From NCBI GenBank assembly GCA_038087875.1, contig CM075993.1, positions 6,760,001 through 6,824,000 on the forward strand: a stretch of 64,000 bases of DNA, written 5' to 3'. The notes below the pieces were generated by a model. The model was not told the origin of the DNA. It saw nothing but the letters and a program-made list of their open reading frames with translations, and did not search any database. Positions 37,490 through 50,172 of this stretch are shown piece after piece. The position numbers and the translations under genes were made by a program. Origin of the DNA: Malacoraja senta (lineage: Eukaryota). Every line of letters begins with the position of its first letter. Position 1 is the stretch's first letter.

Positions 37490-37885
37490 GGTGGTAGCCA
37501 GTGCCATCTTGTTCTCTGCATATGTGCTGGGGCAGCAGGGCGAAGGCCGCGGATGGCAATAGGATCAACAACCTCATCAGGAAGGCTGGCTCCGTCCTGG
37601 GGGTGGGGCTGGATCCACGGGAGGTGGTCTTGGAGGGGAGGATGCTGCTCAAACTGGGGAGATCCTTCTTCCCTGTGGCTATCAAACTGTACAACTCCTC
37701 CCCCTTCTGTCGTGGGGTAGACTGAGACTGACTGACTCCCCCCCCCCCCCCCCCCCCAATCTTTGCACGTCCCCAATCCTTTCCACTCGTCACTTTAATT
37801 TCATGTTTCATGTATTTTTGGGTTTTATGGCTGTTGGCAGATCAATTTCCCTCCTGGGATAAATAAAGTTCTATCGTATCGTATA
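37490..37885 (+). mobile_element. Rex1-type LINE 3' fragment, internally deleted
   Basis: CWGSRAKAADGNRINNLIRKAGSVLG...SFFPVAIKLYNSS; tail aataaagttctatcgtatcgtat. Confidence 0.8.
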
Positions 37886-38906
37886 TCACTGTGCCCTTCT
37901 TAAAGTCTCTTAAATGCCCCTATCATATCTGCCTCAACCACCACCTCCAGCAGCACGTCCCAGGCACCCACCACCCTCTGGGTAAATAAAAACGTACTCC
38001 ACACATTGCCTTTAAACTTTGTGCGTCTCAGTCAAAGCTATGTGGGAGGAAACCGGAGCACCTGGAGAACATGTCATAGTCACAGGGAGAACATGCAAAC
38101 TCCGTACAGACAGCACCCATAGACGGGATCGAACCCGGGTCTCTGGCGCTGTGAGGCAGCAACTCTACCGCAGCGCCACCCATGCCAATCGTTGAGAAAG
38201 CTTGTAGAAATGAAAACCTGGGGAGAAAAAATGAACGGGCATCTATCTGGGCGCGTTTGAGTTAACAAAAGAGAGGCAGTGTAAACTTAGTTAATTGGAA
38301 CTAATATGAATGGATTTGTTTTTTCTTTTGAGATAATGAACGATTGCCAGTGGCAATACCATAGATGTTTCTGCAAATGTTCAGAAGGAAGTTGTGGATA
38401 ACAACCCACATAAACGGTTCTAAAACTCAGGATTAAAGGGATCAGTGACAGTTTGGACAAAGACATTGGCTTTAGGACATGGTAAACTTATTTCTTCAGA
38501 CTAACATAGGGCAAGGGTCGTATTTTTTATTTGTTAATTAACTCGGGGATGGGTGAAAGTAAAAATTTCCGAACATTGTGGAAGGCAGCGGTAGAGTTGC
38601 TGCCTTACAGCGCCAAAGACCCGGGTTTGATCCTGACTACAGATGCCGTCTGTACGGAGTTTGTACCTTCTCCCCGTGACCTGTGTGGGTTTGCCCCGGT
38701 TGCTCCGGTTTTCTCCCACACTCCAAAGACGTGCGGGTTTGTAGGTTAATTGGGTTGGCAAAATTGTAATTTGTTCCTAGTGAGTGTTGGATAGTGTTAA
38801 AGTGCGGGGATCGCTGGTCGGCGCGGGAGCTGGAACGAAGGGCCTGTTTCCGCGCTGTATCTCGAAACTAAACGAAACAAAACCAAATTTACCAACATAA
38901 CCCTAA

Positions 38907-39226
38907 AAGCCCTGTCCCATGGTACGAGTTCATTCAAAGAGTTCTCCCGAGTTTGCCCTGATTTGAACTCGGAGATTTACGGTAATGGCCACTCGTCGGT
39001 ACTCGGGGCTCTCGTGGACATTTTTCAACATGTTGAAAAATCTTCACGAGTCTTCCCGTGCTTACCTGCCGTTAGCGAGTCTTCCCGAGTACCTGCCGTT
39101 AGCGCTAAGAGACGTCCCCGAGCTCTGACGTACCCGCTACGTTCATTCTCTGTGCTTACCGCGTGTTTGATTTTTTAAAAACTCGGGAGAGCTCTTGGAA
39201 TGAACTCGTACCGTGGGACAGGGCTT
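38907..39226. mobile_element. MITE subfamily C variant, TSD TAA
   Basis: taa-AAGCCCTGTCCCATGGTACGAGTTCATTC ... GAATGAACTCGTACCGTGGGACAGGGCTT-taa. Confidence 0.85.
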
Positions 39227-39854
39227 TAACCCTTCTTCACACTCGGAGATGCTGCCTGTCCCGCTGAGTTACTCCAGCATTTTGTGTCTATCTTTGGCGT
39301 AAAACCAGCATCCTTCCCACACACTGGATTTAACTAGTGTCGTTGATCGGAGTGGACTCAGAGGGGCAAAGGGCCTGTTTCCACACTGTAACTCTAAGAT
39401 GAAAAAGTTAAACAAATTTCTACTCAAAGTGTGCTGTGTGACAATCAATTTTCAATCCTTATCTGTGTATCACTCCTAACTGTAGCTGTTCATATTTACA
39501 CACTTTGTTTGTATTATTTAATCGAAGGCGGCACAGCGGTAGAGTTGCTGCCTTACAGCGAATACAGCGCCGGAGACCCGGGTTCGATCCCGACTACGGG
39601 TGCTGTCTGTACGGAGTTTGTACGTTCTCCCCGCGACCTGCGTGGGTTTTCTCCGAGATCTTCGGTTTCCGCCCATACTCCAAAGACGTACAGGCTTGTA
39701 GGCTAATTGGCTTGGTAAATGTAAAAATTGTCCCTAATGGGTGTAGGATAGTGTTAATGTGCAGGGATCGCTGGTCGGCGCAGACCCAGTGGGCCGAAGG
39801 GCCTGTTTCCGCGCTGTATCTGGGGTAAACATCACACCTTTCATAAATCAGACA

Positions 39855-40662
39855 ACAGAAGTGGCGGCGCTGTGGCAGCTGCGGCTCGCCTGCAGTCCGT
39901 TTGTCTTTTTTTTCCCTTTTGTCCTGTTTTAGTTTATTCAGTTTATTTTGGTTGCGTATGTGTGGGGGGTGTGGGTGAAACTTGTTTTAGTCTCTTCCTT
40001 CGGGGGGGGGATGCGACCTTTTCTTGTCATATCTCCGTCTCCGTCTGCGCTAAGGCCTATCGCGGAGCTGGCGGCCTCCAACTGGGGCCGACCTCGAGGC
40101 TCCGGAGGCAGAGCCAGGACTTACCAACGCGGGGCTGGCCGACTTCGGGGCTGCGGTGGCGTTGCGGCTGCAGCGACCCGACTTCGGGGCTGTGGCGGCG
40201 TTGCGGCGGCAGCCCAACTTCGGAGCCTCGGAGGCTTCGGCCGCGGGCCCAGTGGATGACAACATCGGGAGCTCGCAGGTCCCAGGTTGGTGACCGGTTG
40301 TCCGGAGCTCCCGCAACAACAGCTTCGTCCGCTGGACTGGAGGGTGGCAGCTTCGTCCGCCCCGGGCCGCGGAGCTCAGATTCGGCCGCGGGACTTACCA
40401 TCACCCAGCGGGGGAGCCCAACATCAGAAGCCTGGATCGCCTCAACGCAGAGGGAGAACAAGGAGGGAAGAGACAAGGACTTTAAGACTTTTGCCTTCCA
40501 CACACAGTGAGGAGGTGCCTGGTAGACTCACTGTGGTGGATGTTAAACTGTTAAGTGTGTGTTTTGTTATTTTATTCTATGTTATGACTGCAAGGTTTCG
40601 CAATTCCGTTGGGACTGAAAGGTCTGAATGGCAATAAAGGATAATTTGACTATGACTTTGAA
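39855..40662 (+). mobile_element. CpG-rich non-coding retroelement-like insertion with internal ~40-bp subrepeats
   Basis: Starts aagtggcggcgctg; repeated ccgacttcggggctg(c/t)gg(t/c)ggcgttgcggc; ends aataaa then (tttgac/tatgac)n. Confidence 0.5.
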
Positions 40663-41020
40663 ATCCCTTTGATAAATCCATGATAACTTTGTGTAATTCC
40701 ATTAATGATTTCATAATGCATTCCTAGCATGTTCCCATCACTGGTTTACTGTTTTTACCTACTTGTTTTGAAGATTGTGTGATTCATTTACCATCCCCCA
40801 ATCTGCCCCAAAGTGATTGAATTATTCTGAAGAAAGGTCTCGACCGGAAACCATTCCTTCTCTCCAGAGGTGCTGCCTCGACCCACTGAGTTCCTCCAGC
40901 ATTTGTGTCTATCTTCAAATTATTCGATACTCCGTACAGAATATTATTAAATGCTGACCAAAGCATCCGCGGTTTCCATGGCGACCGTGTTCAGTGCTTG
41001 GAATGCAGCTTGTCGGGTCC

Positions 41021-41220
41021 NNNNNNNNNNNNNNNNNNNNNNNNNNNNNNNNNNNNNNNNNNNNNNNNNNNNNNNNNNNNNNNNNNNNNNNNNNNNNNNN
41101 NNNNNNNNNNNNNNNNNNNNNNNNNNNNNNNNNNNNNNNNNNNNNNNNNNNNNNNNNNNNNNNNNNNNNNNNNNNNNNNNNNNNNNNNNNNNNNNNNNNN
41201 NNNNNNNNNNNNNNNNNNNN
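41021..41220. other. Assembly gap (200 N)
   Basis: Run of N. Confidence 1.
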
Positions 41221-41641
41221 GACAGCACCCTTAGTCGGGATCGAACACGGGTCTCTGGCGCTGTAAGGCAACAACTCTACCGCTGCGCTATCGTGCCGCC
41301 CTCAAGAAAACCCTAAGAACAGCGACAGGTTAAAGTTAATGGGAACTGAGAGGCCTAGCTCACCACTGCTGGTATGCGAGGTAGATGGAGCCCAGTAGTC
41401 TGTGGGCGTGGAGTCCCAGTCCCAGCTGCCCTCCCCTACCTCAGCAATGACAAGGTCAGAAGCAAGGCTGGTCACTGCTAATCTGTGTGACTGTTGGTCA
41501 ACTCTTATTTGCAATTCCTTAGATAACAAAGGAATGCTTGCGGGTCTGTGATTATGGGGCGAGATCTAGACAACACTCCCGTTTGGGATCTTGGGTACAA
41601 AGTAATACTTGCGCCACTTGAAAACCATTCCCCAACTAAAA

Positions 41642-42560
41642 GGCGCGGCACGGTGGCGCAGCGGTAGGTCTGCTGCCTCACAGCGCCACAGACACGGGTT
41701 CGATCCTGACTACGGGTGCTGTCTGTACAGTGTAAGAAGGAACTGCAGATGTTGGTTTAAACCGAAGATAGACACAAAAAGCTGGAGTAACTCAGCGGGA
41801 CAGGCAGCATCTCTGGAGAGAAGGAATGGGTGACGTTTCGGGTCGAGTTTGGTGTTATTGACCCGAATCGTCACCCACCTTCTCTCCAGAGATGCTGCCT
41901 GTCCTGCTGAGTTACTCCAGCTTTTTGTGGCTGTCTGTACGGAGTTTGTACGTTCTCCCCGTGACCTGCGTGGGTTTTCTCTGGGATCTCTGGTTTCCTC
42001 CCACACTCCAAACGCGACCAGGATTGTAGGTTAATTGACAATAGACAATGGGTGCAGGAGCAGGCCATTCGGCCCTTTGAGCCAGCACCGCCATTCAATG
42101 TGATCATGGCTGATCATCCCCAATCAGTACCCTGTTCCTGCCTTCTCCCCATATCCCCTGACTCCGCTAGCTTCAAGAGCCCTATCTAGCTCTCTCTTGA
42201 AAGTTTCCAGAGAACCTGCCTCCACCGCCCTCTGAGGCAGAGAATTCCACTGTCTCACCACTCTCTGTGAGAAAAAGTGTTTCCTCGTCTCCGTTCTAAA
42301 TGGCTTACTCCTTATTCTTAAACTGTGCCCCTGGTTCTGGACTCCCCCAACATCGGGAACATGTTTCCTGCCTCTAGTGTGTCCAAGCCCTTAACAATCT
42401 TATATGTTTCAAATATAATCTCTGGATTGTAGGTTAATTGGCTTGGTATAAGTGTAAATTGTCCCGAGTGTGTGTAGGATAGTGTTAGTGTGCGGGGATC
42501 GCTGGTCGGTGCGGACGCAGTTTCCCAAGGGCCTGTTACCGTGCTGTATCACTAAACTAA
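41642..42560 (+). mobile_element. HE1 SINE interrupted by a Penelope hairpin (41729-41929) and an antisense CR1 fragment (about 42038-42423)
   Basis: TSDs GCTGTCTGTAC (41718-41728, 41930-41940) and GGATTGTAGGTTAATTG (about 42021-42037, 42424-42440). Confidence 0.85.
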
Positions 42561-43224
42561 ACAGGAATCTAATTGCCCTCCCTTGATGTTGAGTAGAATT
42601 GCCACCACTACAGTGGCTCACTATGTGAATGATTGCAATTGTGTTTCTCTGTGATGGTGAAAATTAATCTGTCGACAGATACGGAACGACTGTGGTTGGT
42701 GGATGAATGCAGGCATTGTAACACGCATAAAGTATCAGGTAGCACAAATTGAATCTGGAGACCACCACCTCAATGTATGTAGAAACAAGGAACCAAAGAT
42801 CCAACACAAAAAGCTGGAGTAACTCAGTGGGTCAGTCAGCATCTCTGGAGAAAAGGGATTGGTGATGTTTCGGATCGAGACCCTTCTTCAGTGAGACGGG
42901 GGAAAGCGAAACGAGAGATATAGACGATGATGTAGAGATATACAGAACAAATGAATGAAAGATATGCAAAAAAACAATAACAATGATGAAGGAGACAGGC
43001 CATTTTTAGCTGTGGGCCGGGTGAAAATGAGTTACAGACAATGAGACTCAACAAGAAGACTTTGAAACTAGTACTTGGAGAAACTTGGTGGGGGACTGCA
43101 GATGCTGGTTTGCAAAAAAAAAGACACAAATGCTGGAGTGACTCAGTGTGTCGGGACCGTTCTTCAGTCTTCTTCTCTGGTCTGTAATGCCCTGAAATGT
43201 CGCCTTTCCATGTTCTCCAGAGAT

Positions 43225-43470
43225 TTTCCTACCTCCAGTCCCCCCCCCCCCAACCCCCCCCCCCCCCCCCACCTTTTACATAAACACGACGAAATTTAAT
43301 CAGGAGTGGCTACTCGTAAAGAAAAGTGAAATCTCTACCGAAATAGAAAAAATCTCGGCGTTTCTGCGTGCGGTGTTGGCGTAGCGCGGTATCAAAGGCT
43401 GGCGCTGGCACAAGTCAAGCAGACACACACACACACACACACACACAGTTTTAATCTATATATACTATTA
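43225..43470 (+). mobile_element. Possible Helentron/HINE-type 3' fragment
   Basis: CpG-rich segment followed by an (AC)n microsatellite and ttttaatctatatatac terminus; weak resemblance only. Confidence 0.3.
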
Positions 43471-44316
43471 TAGATGTCTGTGAAATATATCCTCATTTGA
43501 ATGAGTGTGCCTTAAGAAGGTACGTTAGTAATGATAATTTAAAGTCCAACATTAAACAAAAAAATGGGTATTGCAGACTAAATAGTGTGCAATGTCATAC
43601 AAACTCTATGACCAAGCAAGACAAATTTAATAACAACTTTACAAAACGATGGTTTGGCCACACCTTAAATTGGGTGAATGCTTCTGGTCACCACATTATA
43701 TGAAGGACAAGGATTTTCATCACCAAGGCATGGAAAGCTATGAACCTAATCTGGTTATGGAGTATGTATAGATAGCTTCTTGATGGTCAGCACGGTGGGG
43801 GTGGCACAGTGGCGCAGCGGTAGAGTTGCTGCCTTACAGTGCTTGTAGTGCCAGAGACCCAGGTTCGATCCCGACTACGTTCTCCCCGCGGGAAGCGGTA
43901 CGTTCTCCCCGTGACCGCTTGGGTTTTTCCCAAGATCTTTGGTTTCCTCCCACACTCCAAAGACATGCAGGGTTGTAGGTTAATTGGCTTGTTATAAGTG
44001 TAAAAAAATTGCCCCTGGTGTGTGTAGGATGGTGTTAATCTGCGGGGATTGCTGGTCGGTACGGACTCGGTGGGCCGAAGAGACTGTTTCCGTGCTTTAT
44101 CTCTAAAAAAAACACTAAAACACCATGGGCCAAGGGGCCTGTGGCTGTACTGATTGTCTATGGATCTATATGCAGTCATGACCCATTTTACTGCAGGTTT
44201 TATTAGTTTGGAGATACAGCATGGAAACAGGCCCTTCGGCCCACCGAGTCAACACCAACTATCGATCACCTGTTCACTCTAGTTCTACGTTATCCCGTAT
44301 TCTCATCCATTCCTTA

Positions 44317-44720
44317 AGGGCCTGTCCCACGGGCATGCGACTCCATGCGGCAAGAGCGACCTAACCGGAAGTGGGGGGCGCGCGGAGGTCGCGGGGCCGG
44401 TCCCACTTCGATCACCGGAGCCGTATGGAGTTGTGCGGAGCTGGTCCCGACATCGCGCGGGGCTCCGAAAAACTGACACTATTCAAATATTCCGCGCGGC
44501 AGCGGCCTGCCGCCCCGCAGCCGCATCGAGGCCATGCGCACCGCCTCGACGTCACTCGACCTCTGCGCGGCCCCCGCTTCCGGTTTGGTAGCGCTTGCCG
44601 CATGCAGCCGCATGCTGGTGGGACCGGCCCTGTACGGGGATCACTCGACCTCCGCGCGGCCCCCGCTTCCAGTTAGGTTGCGCTTGCCGCATGGAGTCGC
44701 ATGCCCATGGGACAGGCCCT
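44317..44720. mobile_element. GC-rich MITE of the same TIR group (subfamily E), TSD TTA
   Basis: Long inverted arms AGGGCCTGTCCCACGGGCATGCGACTCCATGCGGCAAG...; tta on both flanks; splits a SINE tail. Confidence 0.88.
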
Positions 44721-46339
44721 TTACACATTTGGAATTGGGTACCAGAGGACATAGGTTTAAGGTGAAGTGGAAAGATTTAATAGGAATCTGAGGGGTAATG
44801 TTTTTACACTAAGGGTGGTGGGTGTCTGGAACAAGCTGCCAGAGGAGGTATTTGAGGCGGGTACCATCGCAACGTTTAGGAGGTACATGGATGGAATAAG
44901 TTTGGAAGGATATGGACCAAACACAGGCAGGTGGGACTAGTGTAGATGGGACATGTGGGTAAGTTGGGCCAATTGACCTGTTTCCACTCTGTTTGAGTCT
45001 AGAGTCAATTTTACAGAAGCCCATTAACCTACCAACCTGCACATCTTTAGGATGTGGGGGGAAACTGGAGCACGTGGAGGATACCTACGTGGTCACAGGG
45101 AGAAGGTGCAAATTTCACACAGACAGCACTCTGAGGTTGGGATCGAACCCAGGTCTCTGGCGTTGTGAGGCCAGCGGTTCTGTGCTACACGGACAACGGA
45201 CGTAGTTGGAACCTGGTCCCTGATGCTGTGAGGCAGCAACTCTACCGCTGCACCATCGTGCCGGCCCTAAAACAGTGCCGTTCTTCACAATGCATCCTGA
45301 ATGCTGAGCAACAAGCACACGTCTGGGCATATTTGACTACATCGAAAGTCCCTTGTATCACTTTTGGTCAAATTTGCATAGGATGAACCAATACAAATAT
45401 ACACACATTTTTTAAGCCAGCTGCAAATCACACAATTGTCGCTTTCAATTGTCACAAACCACAGCATCTGCTATTAATTTGGTATTTTTGATATATTTCA
45501 AACCAGCTGCAAATCGCTGGTGTGTAGGAAGGAACTGCAGATACTGGATTATACCGGAGATAGACACAAAATGCTGGAGTAACTCAGCGGGTCAGGCAGC
45601 ATCTCTGGAGAAAAGGAATAGGTGATGTTTTAGGTCCAGTCACTTAATCAGACTCACTATCACTAATGAATCAATATTGTTGCTTCCTCTTGTCATAGCA
45701 ACGGCAACGTGTCCATTCGGTACTTTTAATATAATCTCTCAGGGTGGTGCTGAAAGGAAGAAGTGTTCATTAATATGGTGTGTTTCATAATGTCAGACTA
45801 TCCCTATACTGTATTCGAAATGTGTCAGAAGGAACTGCAGATGCTGGTTTTAAACCGATGATAGATGCAAAATGCTGGAGTAACTCAGCGGAACAGGCAG
45901 CATCTGTGGAGAGAAGGAATGGGTGACCCTTGACTGATCAGTCTGAAGAAGGGTCTCGACCCGAAACGCCGCCCGTTCCTTCTCTCCAGAGATGCTGCCT
46001 GTCCCGCTGAGTTACTCCAGCATTTTGTGTCTATCCTGTGTAGTGACTGTTGGGGAAGGTGGTGGAACGCTGGGGACTTTTCCACGTTGGGGCCTGGCCC
46101 TATGTGCGTGTCTCTACAAACTAATACGTGTGGTTAAGTTGGTTGCTTTTACTTCTCCTATCCTGCTGGATCATTCTGGAGGCTGGTGTGTGAGAGTTCG
46201 GCGATGTCAGGGGTGCTTCTGTCCATGACACAGCGGTGACTCCCTGTTCACGGACTGAGCTCGGCAAGATGTGCCGGCATCCAGCTGCCTTCAGAAGGTG
46301 CGGCAGAGGGAAACTGAGGAGTTTGTAGCCAAGAGGACA

Positions 46340-46397
46340 ATGAACTGGGAGGAACAGTTTGCAAGAAGCTTAGCCCTGCAACCCAGGGAAAAGTCAG
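46340..46397 (+). CDS. Candidate alternative first coding exon 1b of paracaspase (MNWEEQFARSLALQPREKS+G)
   Basis: ACAATG context, upstream in-frame TGA, 58 nt, donor CAG|GTAAGG, phase 1, within a unique-sequence island at about 46040-46550. Confidence 0.5.
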
Positions 46398-46564
46398 GTA
46401 AGGCGCGTTCATTTGGCGAAGCATCATCGAGTCTTAAATAAAGAGAAATGCATTTATTTCCACAGCACCTTCCTTGATCTCAGTATGCCATGAAGGGACT
46501 TTGAAATACAGTCACTTTTTGTCATGCCCCAGCCAAGGTCAATCCAAAAGTTACATCAAAGTTA

Positions 46565-46780
46565 TTCACAAAAAGCTGGAGTAACTCAGCGGGACAGGCA
46601 GCATCTCTGGAGAGGAGGAATGGGAGATGTTTCAGGTCGAGAAACGACCCTCCTGAGGATGGGTCTCGACCCAAAATGTCACCCATTCCTTCTCTCCAGA
46701 GATGCTGCCTGTCCCACTGAGTTACTCCAGCTTTTTGTGTCTATCTTTGGTTTAAACCAGCATCTGCAGTTCCTTCCTAC
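46565..46780. mobile_element. Penelope pLTR hairpin element with 12-bp TSD
   Basis: ACATCAAAGTTA at 46553-46564 and 46781-46792. Confidence 0.8.
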
Positions 46781-47866
46781 ACATCAAAGTTACTGCTATA
46801 TAGAATATACTAACTAGAAACATAGAAAATAGGTGCAGGAGTAGGCCATTCGGCCCTTCGAGCCTGCACCGCCATTCAATATGATCATGGCTGATCATCC
46901 AACTCAGTACCTGCCTTCTCTCCATACCCCCTGTACCCTTTAGCCACAAGGGCCACATCTAACTCCCTCTTAAATATAGCCAATGAACTGGCCTCAACTA
47001 CCTTCTGTGGCAGAGAATTCCAGAGATTCACCACTCTCTGTGTGAACTAGCCTTGTATCTGTGTAGAAAGGAACTGCAGATGCTTGTTTACGTCACATAT
47101 AGACACCAAATGCTGGAGTAACTCAGCGGGTCAGGCTGCATCTCTGGAGAGAAGGAATGGGCGACGTTTCGGGTCGAGACCCTTCCACCGTTTAAAGCAG
47201 CATCTGCAGTTCCTTCGTACACATTATTGTTATGTGGAGTTGGCCTTGGTTTCATGCTCAGCATAGACATTGTGGGCCGAAGGGCCTGTTCCTGTGTTGT
47301 ACTGTCCTAAATGTGTTCTAAATGTAATTTAAATGAGTTGTGGGTGTAAGACACGACCCGAAACTTTACGGAATCATTATCTCAAACAGCGGCTAAAATA
47401 GGACGGATGTTTAGACTGACACTTGCTATAATTCCTTCGTCAGAACAGACAGCAGTCATCCTGTTTATTCATTTGTGGCTAATGTGTCGTGTCTGTCCAC
47501 TCAGGTTAATAAAAACTACCAGCTGTGAAAATTCAACAGTCTCATTACAGAAACTTTCAATTGATTTCCAGCCTCCAGGTTTAGAACATGGAGCAGTACA
47601 GCACAAGAACTGGCTCTTCGGCCCATCATGTCTCTGCCAAGCACGGTGCCAAGACCATCACGTATCTACCTGTACGTAACCCATATCCCTTCATTCACTG
47701 CGGCGTATCTATACGCCAATCCATTAGTCTTTTAAATGCCCCTGGTGTGTCCTCCTCAACGCCACTCCTGGCAGTGTATTCCAGGCACTCGCCCATCCTC
47801 GGTGTCCCTGCATACCACCTTTCAACTTTGCCCCTGTTCCAGATTCCCACCATCTTTGAATGAAGT

Positions 47867-47991
47867 CTTCTTCTTGCGTATGGCGTGCACAGCCTAAAGT
47901 TGGAGGACAACTTGTTCTATTTGATCAATTAATTGTGCACGTGGGGTTGATTGGATTAGTGGACCACGAGAAGGTTGCAATCTCCCACCCC
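47867..47991 (-). mobile_element. Short Ingi/Vingi-like non-autonomous retroelement, copy 2
   Basis: 12-bp TSD tttgaatgaagt/tttggttgaagt; 3' end gccatacgcaagaagaaga; 5' end GGGGTGGGAGATTGCAACCTTCTCGTGGTCCAC. Confidence 0.7.
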
Positions 47992-48702
47992 TTTGGTTGA
48001 AGTGCTCACCCTCAGCAACCCAACTCATATTATACTAACAAGATGTGACATAAATGAACTGTAGATGCTGGTTTATACCAAAGATGGACACCCAATTCTG
48101 AAGTAACTCCTGTGGGTCGGGCAGCATCTCTGAAGAGAATGGGATAGATGACGTCTCAGGGAGGGACCCTTCTTCAGACTTTGAAGAAAGGTCCTGACCT
48201 GAAACGTCACGTATCCATGTTCCCCGGCGCCTGGACACCTCCCTGGACTCTCACCCCTGGACCATAACCCCATAGACGACCACCAGGCCACCATTTTGCA
48301 GAAAGACCACCAGCTTGTCTGGAGATGCTGCCTGACCCGCTGAGTTACTCCAGCACTCTGGGCCTACCAATGTTACCGACTCTTTGATCTGCATATTTTC
48401 CACCAGAGGAAGTAATTACTCCACCGATACTTTATTAATAGTTTTTTTTTTGTCATCTAAAATGGTTGAGGGAATCTATTAAACCTGTCGCTGTAATATA
48501 AACCACCTTTCTCAGCCCACATAATGCAACCAGGCAAGGGTCGCTGTAATAGTCAGGCAGTGTTGACAAAACTAGCATAGCGTGTTCTACTTGAGTGGTA
48601 TTACTGCAGCCGGATTCATTGTCCACACCCTATCAACATGGGCTCACTACCTGCATTATGCGAGGCCTCTATGATGTTCCTCAACCTGCCCGACTTCAAT
48701 AT

Positions 48703-49148
48703 TACCAAGCGTAGGCTTGGCGATCGTTTCGCCGAACACCTCCGCTCGGTCCACATTTACCAACCTGACCTCCCGGTGGCTCAGCACTTCAACTCCCCCT
48801 CCCATTCCGTATCCGACCTCTCTGTCCTGGGCCTCCTCCATGGCCAGAGTGAGCACCACCGGAAATTGGAGGAGCAGCACCTCATATTCCGCTTGGGCAG
48901 TCTGCACCCTTGTGGCATAAACATTGAATTCTCCAATTTCCGGTAGCCCTTGCTGTCTCCTCCCCTTCTCAGCTCTCCCTCAGCCCTCGGGCTCCTCCTC
49001 TTCCTTTTTCCTTTCTTCTCCCCCCCCCCCCCCCCCCCACCCTCCATCAGTCTGAAGAAGGGTTTCGGCCCGAAACATTGCCTATTTCCTTCGCTCCATA
49101 GATGCTGCTGAACCCGCTGAGTTTCTCCAGCACTTTTGTCTACCTTCA
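48703..49148 (+). mobile_element. Penelope-like element 3' fragment
   Basis: TKRRLGDRFAEHLRSVH...PVAQHFNSPSH...RKLEEQHLIFRLGSLHPCGINIEFSNFR* followed by a pLTR. Confidence 0.9.
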
Positions 49149-49227
49149 ATATTACCTCCTCGATCCAGGAGTTGACCAGCTAAGCCAGTAAAGAATCGGT
49201 AGTAATTGGCCACAGGCGGTGAGCAAC

Positions 49228-50172
49228 TTTGGCCACATGGTGGTGAGCAACACAGGGACCCCCACGGGGGGACGATCCTCTCTCCCTTCCTGTTCACCAT
49301 CCACGCCGCGGACCTCAGTTATAACTCGGACTCCTGCCACCTGCAGATGTTTTCAGATGACTCTGCAATTGTGGGCTGCATCAGTGAGGTTGATACAGAG
49401 GTGTGTGTAGTCAACGGCTTTGTTGAGTGGTGTGGGCTGAATCACCTGCAGCTCAACACCGGCAAGACTAAAGAGATAGTGATGGACTTTGGGAGGAGAG
49501 GAACACCCCTGTCTCCATCAATGGTGTGGATGTGCAGTTTACCAGGGAGTACAAATACCGTAAATACCAGTAAACTAGACTGGTCCAGGAACACTGAGGC
49601 CCTGCACAAGAAGGGACAGAGCCGGCTGTACTTTTTGAGAAGGCTCCACTCCTTCAACGTCTGCTGTAAGATGCTGCAGATGTTCTACCTGTCGGTGGTA
49701 GCCAGTGCCTCCTTCTTCGCTGCTGTGTGCCGGGACAGCAGGGCAAAGGCCGCGGACGCCAATAAGATCAACAAACTCATCAGGAAGGCTGGCTCCGTCC
49801 TGGGGGTGGAGTTGGAGTTGGATTCACGGGAGGTTGGTCTTGGAGTGGAGGATGCTCCTCAAACTGCGGAGCATCCTGGACAATACAGCTCACCCCCTCC
49901 ATGACACACTGGTCAACCTGAGGAGCACCTTCAGCAACAGACTGGTTCCACCAAGATGCAGCACAGAACGCCACAGGAGATCCTTCTTCCCTGTGGCTAT
50001 CAAACAGGACAACTCCTCCCCCATCTGTCGTGGGGTAGACTGAGACCCCCCCCCAATCTTTGCACATCCGTATCCTTTCCACTCGTCACTTTAATTTCAT
50101 GTTTCATGTATTTCGTGTTTTATGACAGTTGGCAGATCAATTTCCCTCCTGGAATAAATAGTTATCATATCG
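49228..50172 (+). mobile_element. Rex1-clade LINE RT and 3' region, frameshifted
   Basis: VVSNTGTP/GTILSPFLFTI...HLQMFSDDSAIVGCI...HLQLNTGKTKEIVMDF...KKGQSRLYFLRRLHSFNV. Confidence 0.88.

Noticed and set aside
41302..41529. Minus-strand 75-aa ORF with a GTGAGC donor-like site
   Set aside because: No ATG or convincing acceptor and no recognisable family.
46234..46397. 164-bp possible internal exon, similar in size and phase to the MALT1 death-domain exon 2
   Set aside because: In-frame TGA near 46256, weak acceptor and no death-domain similarity.
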